DNA of 42,458 bases from positions 73,096,181-73,138,638 of the forward strand of contig NC_068985.1 of NCBI RefSeq assembly GCF_001194135.2, written 5' to 3'. The translations under genes were made by a program, and so were the position numbers. This document shows positions 34,790 through 42,458 of the stretch, piece after piece. Source of the stretch: Octopus bimaculoides. Taxonomy: Eukaryota. Every line of letters begins with the position of its first letter. Position 1 is the first letter of the stretch. Below the pieces are notes generated by a model that searched no databases, was not told the DNA's origin, and saw only the letters and a list, made by a program, of their open reading frames with translations.

Positions 34790-36390
34790 GATATTGCTGA
34801 CGTGTGAGGTCAGAGAGACAGACCAACAGTTTTTGGCATCTGCCCTGCTTCCTCCTTTATGGAAAGGACATATTTTTACCTCCTTAATTTACCTGAGAGC
34901 ATTTTTGCAAAGAAACTCTGAAAAGAAGCTGCAACGGTTTTGTAAGGGCTCGTTTGCATGATTCGAGAAACATTACTGGGAAACTATCAGGGCCAGAGCT
35001 GAGTTTACGTTTACCTCATCTATGGCCAGTATTATGTCTTCTTTGATATCGATATTATCAGTTGTTACTGCTTCCCTTTTTACATCCATTGTGGTAAAGA
35101 ACTCTCCAGGTTTGCTGACTTGCATGTGCCGTAAGAGTGGGAGTGAAAACACTTGAATTATTCAGTGTTTTTCTCTTATCCTCATTGGGTCTCTCGCGGG
35201 AGAACTATCTTTTTGGAGGAGTGGCCCTACGTTGCAATGTACGGAGACAGATTCCTTGACATACTTAAAGAAAGCTTTAGGGTTTGATCTTATATTTTCT
35301 ATAACCCAAGTTTCTTTATTTGCTCTTTCTTTTTTCATGCGAGCATTTCAGATTTTTGTCATCTCCAGTAATGTTGCATTCTGGTGGGATTTTTTCACTG
35401 TCATTGAGTTCTCTGTTTATGAGGTTTGCAATCTTTGTACGCCGTTTCATAAGAACTTTCCTCTCCTTGGGAATTTTGTTTTTATGTACAGTGGCCTTTC
35501 CCTCTGGGACAAACTTGTAGCATATGGCTTGCATTACGGACATGATTTCTTTAACTTTCATGTCAATGTCAGGTGTGGAGAGACATTGAGACCTATCTTA
35601 TTTGATGATCTCTTTCTCAATCGATTCCAGTCTGCTTTATGGAAATTCAGATTGGTTAGATTTTGAGTACCTCTAATAGGCTGCATTTCTGCAGATTCCT
35701 TTGGTCCATACGTGGTCAGCTCTATTATATTATGTTCCGAGACTAGCGTCGTTGTTTCTGGCACATTATGGACAAAATCCACGCTGTTTATGAAGCAGAA
35801 ATTAACTATAATATTTGTCCTGGTTGGTGGGAGTACTACTTGCTCCATGTATAACGTATTGGTGAGATTGATCATCAGAAATTCTACCTATCTTTCTACG
35901 CATCACATCATTCCTGAGAGGAAAAAGCACTTTAGCCCATCCTATGCCGGGCAGGTTAAAGTCACCTATGAGAAGTACACTGATGTGTTGTTCTAATTTG
36001 GTTAGGGCTTCTATTGTGATTTAGTCCGTGTGATTTAGGGTATATTCTGGGTGATAAGTAGTACATATAACAATATCGAGTTGTCTTATATCAACACTTA
36101 GTGTGTTACACACAGAGTTTGAGTATGACAAAGGGACCTGAGGTGTGAGGTCTTCCCGAATGTTCACTGAAACTCTACCGTGACTCGTCTTTTCTGTCGG
36201 TTCGCAATATAACATACTTTGGTATGTGTACTTCTGCATCTGCGATGTCGAGTTTTAGGAGCGTTTCGGTGAGTGCTATGCATAATGCTTGATTACATGA
36301 TACTAGGTCTCTCAGGAAGAAAATTTTGGTTTTGTTACTGACTTGGAACAGTCCTCTAATGTTTAGAAACAGCAGTAATGTAACGCCTGT
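34790..36390 (-). mobile_element. CR1-like LINE ORF2 5' half (AP endonuclease to RT start), frameshifted
   Basis: LNIRGL...IALTETLL...ILRTDRK, SHGRVSVNIREDL, SEHNIIE, NFHKADWNRLR, NPKAFFKYVK and PFHKGGSRADAKN...SLTSHVS. Confidence 0.92.
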
Positions 36391-36398
36391 GCTGATAA

Positions 36399-36874
36399 AT
36401 ACATACATACATACATACATACATACATACATACATACATACATACATACATACAAAAATACATACATACATGCATACAAACATGCATACATACATATAT
36501 ATGTGTGTGTGTTTCTTTATGTGTATCTGTATAAATATTTCTATGTGTAAATATGTATAAAACCATAATATATAATTTCGATGTAAATCTACATCCGTAA
36601 GTGTACACAATGCTCAAACGTATTATTTTTAAAACAATAAACGTTATATATGCTTCGAAGGCTTTTCTCATGCGAACTGTGTACTTCTGCACATAGCATT
36701 TTTGATGCAATGTTCCACCAATTACACACATTTAAATCACAGGCAACAGATAATGAGCTTATAAATCTAGATGTAATCACTCCAATACTGCTTGACCTCG
36801 TCAGAGTAAATTTTTCTCTATTAATATACTGAAGTTCTATTTAATTATCTGTACCCATCAAATACATACATACA

Positions 36875-36908
<34 letters not shown>

Positions 36909-36973
36909 CATACATACATAATACGTAGACACACACGCACGTACGCACATGCATACATACATACATACATACA

Positions 36974-37004
<31 letters not shown>

Positions 37005-37024
37005 TTATATATATATATATATAT
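36399..37024. repeat. (ATAC)n arrays (about 36399-36490 and 36862-37010) flanking a unique 280-bp segment
   Basis: Direct reading. Confidence 0.9.
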
Positions 37025-37775
37025 NNNNNNNNNNNNNNNNNNNNNNNNNNNNNNNNNNNNNNNNNNNNNNNNNNNNNNNNNNNNNNNNNNNNNNNNNNNN
37101 NNNNNNNNNNNNNNNNNNNNNNNNNNNNNNNNNNNNNNNNNNNNNNNNNNNNNNNNNNNNNNNNNNNNNNNNNNNNNNNNNNNNNNNNNNNNNNNNNNNN
37201 NNNNNNNNNNNNNNNNNNNNNNNNNNNNNNNNNNNNNNNNNNNNNNNNNNNNNNNNNNNNNNNNNNNNNNNNNNNNNNNNNNNNNNNNNNNNNNNNNNNN
37301 NNNNNNNNNNNNNNNNNNNNNNNNNNNNNNNNNNNNNNNNNNNNNNNNNNNNNNNNNNNNNNNNNNNNNNNNNNNNNNNNNNNNNNNNNNNNNNNNNNNN
37401 NNNNNNNNNNNNNNNNNNNNNNNNNNNNNNNNNNNNNNNNNNNNNNNNNNNNNNNNNNNNNNNNNNNNNNNNNNNNNNNNNNNNNNNNNNNNNNNNNNNN
37501 NNNNNNNNNNNNNNNNNNNNNNNNNNNNNNNNNNNNNNNNNNNNNNNNNNNNNNNNNNNNNNNNNNNNNNNNNNNNNNNNNNNNNNNNNNNNNNNNNNNN
37601 NNNNNNNNNNNNNNNNNNNNNNNNNNNNNNNNNNNNNNNNNNNNNNNNNNNNNNNNNNNNNNNNNNNNNNNNNNNNNNNNNNNNNNNNNNNNNNNNNNNN
37701 NNNNNNNNNNNNNNNNNNNNNNNNNNNNNNNNNNNNNNNNNNNNNNNNNNNNNNNNNNNNNNNNNNNNNNNNNNN

Positions 37776-37808
<33 letters not shown>

Positions 37809-38436
37809 TATATATGTATATGCATACATACACTCACATATATTATGCGAGGTCTTTTTGCCGCAACCTGCATATGCATATCGTTATATGCATATATGTG
37901 TCTGTGTGTATGTGCGTGTGTGCATGCGTGCCCGTGTGTGTACATACAGGCAGGCATACATATACACACGCACTCACGTATATATACGATGTATGAAAAT
38001 TTTAAATAAATGCAAAAGTAAAAGAGTCTATAAGAATCACCAAAACATATTTTATCTCAATAACATTTTTAATGTTTTTACTTCACTAAAGACCAGTGCA
38101 CAGTGTCATAGATTTACTCTTTAGCTACTTGCTATTATCAATTTCTGAAAAGATAAGGAATATATGACTAAATAAAAATTGCAAAGCAGGAAAAAATTAA
38201 AAACAAAAGAAACAAAACAAAAACAAATTTAGCAAAAAGTAAAATAAATCTATGAATAAAAAGAGAAAATTAATAAATTCTAATAATGCGTAATAAATAA
38301 TATTAAACCAAGACAAAATGTTATAACCAGAGTCGTGATGAAAATCGATTATATTGCTTTATGTAGTAGAGACATAAGACAACGTAGAGCCTATTAATAT
38401 CTTGAATAAAGGAGTTACAGCTAGAAATACATACGC

Positions 38437-38492
<56 letters not shown>

Positions 38493-38929
38493 TGTGCGTT
38501 TGCGTGTGTGTGTGTATCTACATGAATGCATATATGTATATTTATATATAAATGTAGATATGTGTATATATATTTGTGTGTATGCAGGTGTGTGTATGTG
38601 TATAGTCGCACACACACAGACGCGCGCGCGCACACACACACACATGCACACACACACAGATATGAGAGACATAGGGACAAAGGTGGGAGATGGAGAAGGA
38701 TAAAAGGAGATAAGAAGTGTGATGAAATATAACAGATCAAAAGAAGATAGAGAAAAAAGGAGAGACAAAAAAAGAGAGGACTGTTGAGTAAGAGATGGGA
38801 AAGTGAGGGCGAGAAAGGGAGGGGGGAGAAGAGGAGAAGGAAAGAAGTAAGAAAAGAAGTAAGAAAAGAAGAAATAAAGATGCATAAGGTGTATGAGGAA
38901 ATGTAACAGATTGAAGGACAATAACGTGG

Positions 38930-39097
<168 letters not shown>

Positions 39098-39482
39098 CAA
39101 TGGAGTTTCAGAATGATAAAAAGAGAGTATGGCACTAGAATGTTGGAAAGAGTATGTGTGGGGGATGGACGAAGAGCTGAATTAGAGAAGAAAAGAAAGA
39201 GAAAAGGAGTAAAATAAAGACGAGAGAGGAAGAGAACAAGGAAAGACAAGGAAGGATGAGTGTGGAAGAAGGCGAAAAATTAAAGAGAAGAGAGAAACAA
39301 ATAAAATAAATAAAATAAATAACAGTATTAAACAACAGCTACTGATAAGAAGATAAGAGCGAAATTCGCTGTTAGTAATAATGTATTATTTTATGAAAAA
39401 CTTAAATGATATAGAGAAATATCAAAGATATTCAGTCCATGATTGCAAAGATATATGAATTGAAGGGAAAAAAAGGTCAAGC

Positions 39483-39589
<107 letters not shown>

Positions 39590-40028
39590 ACCATCTATCA
39601 ATACACATATATACAAACATACAAGANNNNNNNNNNNNNNNNNNNNNNNNNNNNNNNNNNNNNNNNNNNNNNNNNNNNNNNNNNNNNNNNNNNNNNNNNN
39701 NNNNNNNNNNNNNNNNNNNNNNNNNNNNNNNNNNNNNNNNNNNNNNNNNNNNNNNNNNNNNNNNNNNNNNNNNNNNNNNNNNNNNNNNNNNNNNNNNNNN
39801 NNNNNNNNNNNNNNNNNNNNNNNNNNNNNNNNNNNNNNNNNNNNNNNNNNNNNNNNNNNNNNNNNNNNNNNNNNNNNNNNNNNNNNNNNNNNNNNNNNNN
39901 NNNNNNNNNNNNNNNNNNNNNNNNNNNNNNNNNNNNNNNNNNNNNNNNNNNNNNNNNNATATATATATATATATATATATACATCAGCATGGCCGCAGCT
40001 CTGAGCTGAAACTTTGAAATGAAAATAC

Positions 40029-40117
40029 ATAGGCGCAGGAGTGGCCATGTGGTAAGAAGCTTGCTTCCCAACCAGGTTCAGGTTCAGTCCCACTGCGTGG
40101 TACCTTAGGCAAGTGTC
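40029..40117 (+). mobile_element. CORE-type SINE 5' head (tRNA-like), 3'-truncated
   Basis: GGCGCAGGAGTGGCCATGTGGTAAGAAGCTTGCTTCCCAACC...GGTTCAGTCCCACTGCGTGGTACCTTAGGCAAGTGTC. Confidence 0.85.
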
Positions 40118-40572
40118 GATGAATGGTTGAATGACCAAATTCAAGCTTCTGTGCTACTTCCTCAACAGTTACGATGTTGACGAACTGCAGATCTTCCAGG
40201 ACGAGGCTCGTTTTTTAGGCTGTAGTTTCCGGCTCGGAATTTCTGGAACTACCATTGATACTGGCTTATGCTTATTGTCCGATCCTCATATGCTGCATTA
40301 ATATTCCTCGCACTTCCATTGCGTTCTTGCTTTTGTTGAACTCATAAAGCAACATATGCTGAATATGGTCCTTTGTCACTTCCATCATAGTTTTGAAAAA
40401 AAATAACTGTTAAAATCGAACTGTACTCTTCAAAACTTGCACTAAGAATAAGTACCGGGAAAAATTACTACCTGCTTTTATAGCAAGTTGATGCAGGTAG
40501 TTTATCCCGACCCCTCCGACTTTTAATTTATGCAATTGAAAAAACCGCATTATTTATTTGATGATCCCACAT
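40108..40572 (-). mobile_element. Mariner (Mos1-like) transposon 5' remnant: TIR plus transposase HTH region
   Basis: MEVTKDHIQHMLLYEFNK...SARNINAAYEDRTIS...FQKFRAGNYSLKNEPRPGRS...VEEVAQKLEFGHSTIHRHL. TIR-like GGGATCATCAAATAAATAATGCGGTTTTTT next to TA at about 40540-40573. Confidence 0.9.
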
Positions 40573-40614
40573 ATATGCGCGCGCGAGCGCGTTTGTATGT
40601 GTGTTTGTGTGTGT

Positions 40615-40825
40615 GTGTGGCGGTGCGCGGGTTAGTGTTTAGAGTGTCAGCATCATTTCACGTTGCTCCAGTCCACTCAGCTGGTAAAAATGAGTAACGC
40701 TGCGATGGACTGGCGTCCCGTCCAGCTGGGGAACACATACACCATAGAAACCGGGAAACCAGGCTTAAAATTCTTCAAGGCAGCACCCCAGCATGGCCGC
40801 AATCTAATGACTGAAACAAGTAGAA
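40615..40825 (+). mobile_element. SINE with V-domain-like core followed by the shared SINE tail
   Basis: TTGCTCCAGTCCACTCAGCTG...GCGATGGACTGGCGTCCCGTCCAG resembles the V-SINE domain (from recall). It is followed by TTCAAGGCAGCACCCCAGCATGGCCGCA as at 7700-7730. Confidence 0.7.
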
Positions 40826-41512
40826 GATGAAAGTTACAAAATATCAGACTGGTACGAATACTGGACTTTCTGTTTGAGATTACCCGCAAGGGCTTTATGC
40901 TAATATATGTGCTACATCTTTTTCTATGTAAATTATGGAAACTACATTCCAAAGAATTTCCATTGCACAAGTATATGACAGCACTCCACAGTCAGTAGGT
41001 CCTCTCAGCAATACTTGAAAGCTTTGTCAACGTACACGTATCATATCTAGAACAAGTCGAACTGGTGAGGCTGTTCTGTTGCAAGCTATACTCATTGGAG
41101 AACGCAAATTCGCAACATGTGTAACGACATGTATTACGTTAATTGTACGCGTCTGCCTCTAGTATGGCCATACTCATGTGAACAGCGTTGCAACTGTGGC
41201 CATGATGCTAAGTTTCGTAGCATATTATTTGTAAATTTAAATTTTCTGTATTACTTTTCATTCCAATCGTTGTCATTTCGAAAATGTAAACATCGCTGCT
41301 CATTCTAGATCAACGACTGAATACAGGATAGTACGCTGACGCGAGATTTCTCTGTTGTATCTATTGGGAAGTAGTAGCTATCCATTATAAACAGTATATA
41401 GATCGAACCAGCGTATATTAAGTGATTCGCTTATGAAAATACTGCATGAATCGTTGGCTGTATAAACATTATCAAATGTTTGGTTCAAAGCAAACATATG
41501 TTGTTTTGCAAT

Positions 41513-41558
41513 CCTTCCTTCCTTCCTTCCTTCCTATTTCTTTCTTTCTTTCTTTCCT

Positions 41559-41598
<40 letters not shown>

Positions 41599-41861
41599 TC
41601 GTTCTTTTTCTGTCTTTACTCATGGACATATGCATACTCTCACAAGTACCAACTTAGACGTATATATATATAGATTCAGATACACAGATGTATTCACATA
41701 CATAGGCCATACAAATACATACACACACGTATTTATGTAGGAGTGTGTGTTTGTATACACACACACACATACACACACACATACACACACATACACACAC
41801 ACATACACACACACACAGCTGTGCATGAATATACACATGTATATGTGTATATGAGTATATT

Positions 41862-41914
<53 letters not shown>

Positions 41915-41935
41915 GTATATACCTATCTATCTATA
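41513..41935. repeat. Compound microsatellites (TTCC/TTTC)n, (CA)n, (CTAT)n
   Basis: Direct reading. Confidence 0.95.
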
Positions 41936-42359
41936 TATGAGAGAAAGAGAAAGAGAGTAAAGGGAAAGTAGGGGAAGAGATCAACACGCAATATAGTAGA
42001 CTTAAAGCGAATATAATGCCTTGAAATTTGTGGCTGAAATCAAAACACCCCTTCCAATATCAAAATCTTAGGAATGATTTTATTTGTTCTGAGATTAAAG
42101 TCAATAAACTTGTAATAGAAATAGTTTAATCCCGGTGTGATTAATAATATTTCACAATTTGTTCAAATAGAACATCAGAGTGAAACTAAAGCATTGATAT
42201 ATATCGACCAGTAACAGTAACACGTAAATATTGTAACTTTATCTGAATTTTCATTGCTGTCATGTTTTGACTGCGCTAAGAGAGTATGAATCTCTTTAAA
42301 ATTTCTTTGTAATTTAAATAAGCGTCATACTGGGGAAAGTATGAAGTTGAATGCCACTT

Positions 42360-42397
<38 letters not shown>

Positions 42398-42458
42398 ATG
42401 TATGTAATATACATACATACACACACATATATATATACACACAAATATATATATATAT

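Noticed and set aside
33975-36390. Twin-priming 5' inversion as an explanation for the two opposed CR1-like pieces
   Set aside because: The order is wrong: the inverted 5' part lies downstream of the 3' piece. Two insertions are simpler.
36580-36605. GATGTA/TACATC hairpin followed by GAAA on the minus strand
   Set aside because: No CUGANGA core and no stem I.
41117-41308. ORF containing CEQRCNC, reminiscent of laminin-type or MEGF EGF repeats
   Set aside because: The remaining cysteine spacing and credible splice sites are absent.

Overview
AT-rich eukaryotic DNA from a gapped draft assembly, with 9 N-gaps totalling about 4.5 kb (about 11%). The SINE families and microsatellite load point to an octopus or other coleoid cephalopod (inference). 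I recognise no intact host protein-coding gene, rRNA, tRNA gene or CRISPR array, and most listed ORFs are microsatellite or N-gap artefacts. The window is an intergenic or intronic transposon graveyard: three Helitron coding remnants (one with an intact hairpin-CTAG 3' end), four Penelope-like (PLE) RT or GIY-YIG remnants, R4/Dong-like, RTE-like and CR1-like LINE remnants, pogo-like and mariner transposase remnants, and about 10 tRNA-derived SINE pieces. The main signal outside the ORF track is RNA-structural. Several PLE-type minimal hammerhead ribozyme (HHR) motifs are present. A three-copy family has a roughly 76-nt branched helix II (9104-9209, 16769-16876, partial 8480-8578). Two unrelated motifs share a non-canonical CUGUNGA core (11123-11170, 21114-21149). 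Every copy carries some decay, so activity and novelty are unproven. There are also three strong fold-back structures: a 60-bp inverted repeat, a perfect 62-bp palindrome and a roughly 300-bp inverted repeat. All family assignments come from motifs read by eye; no database search was run.
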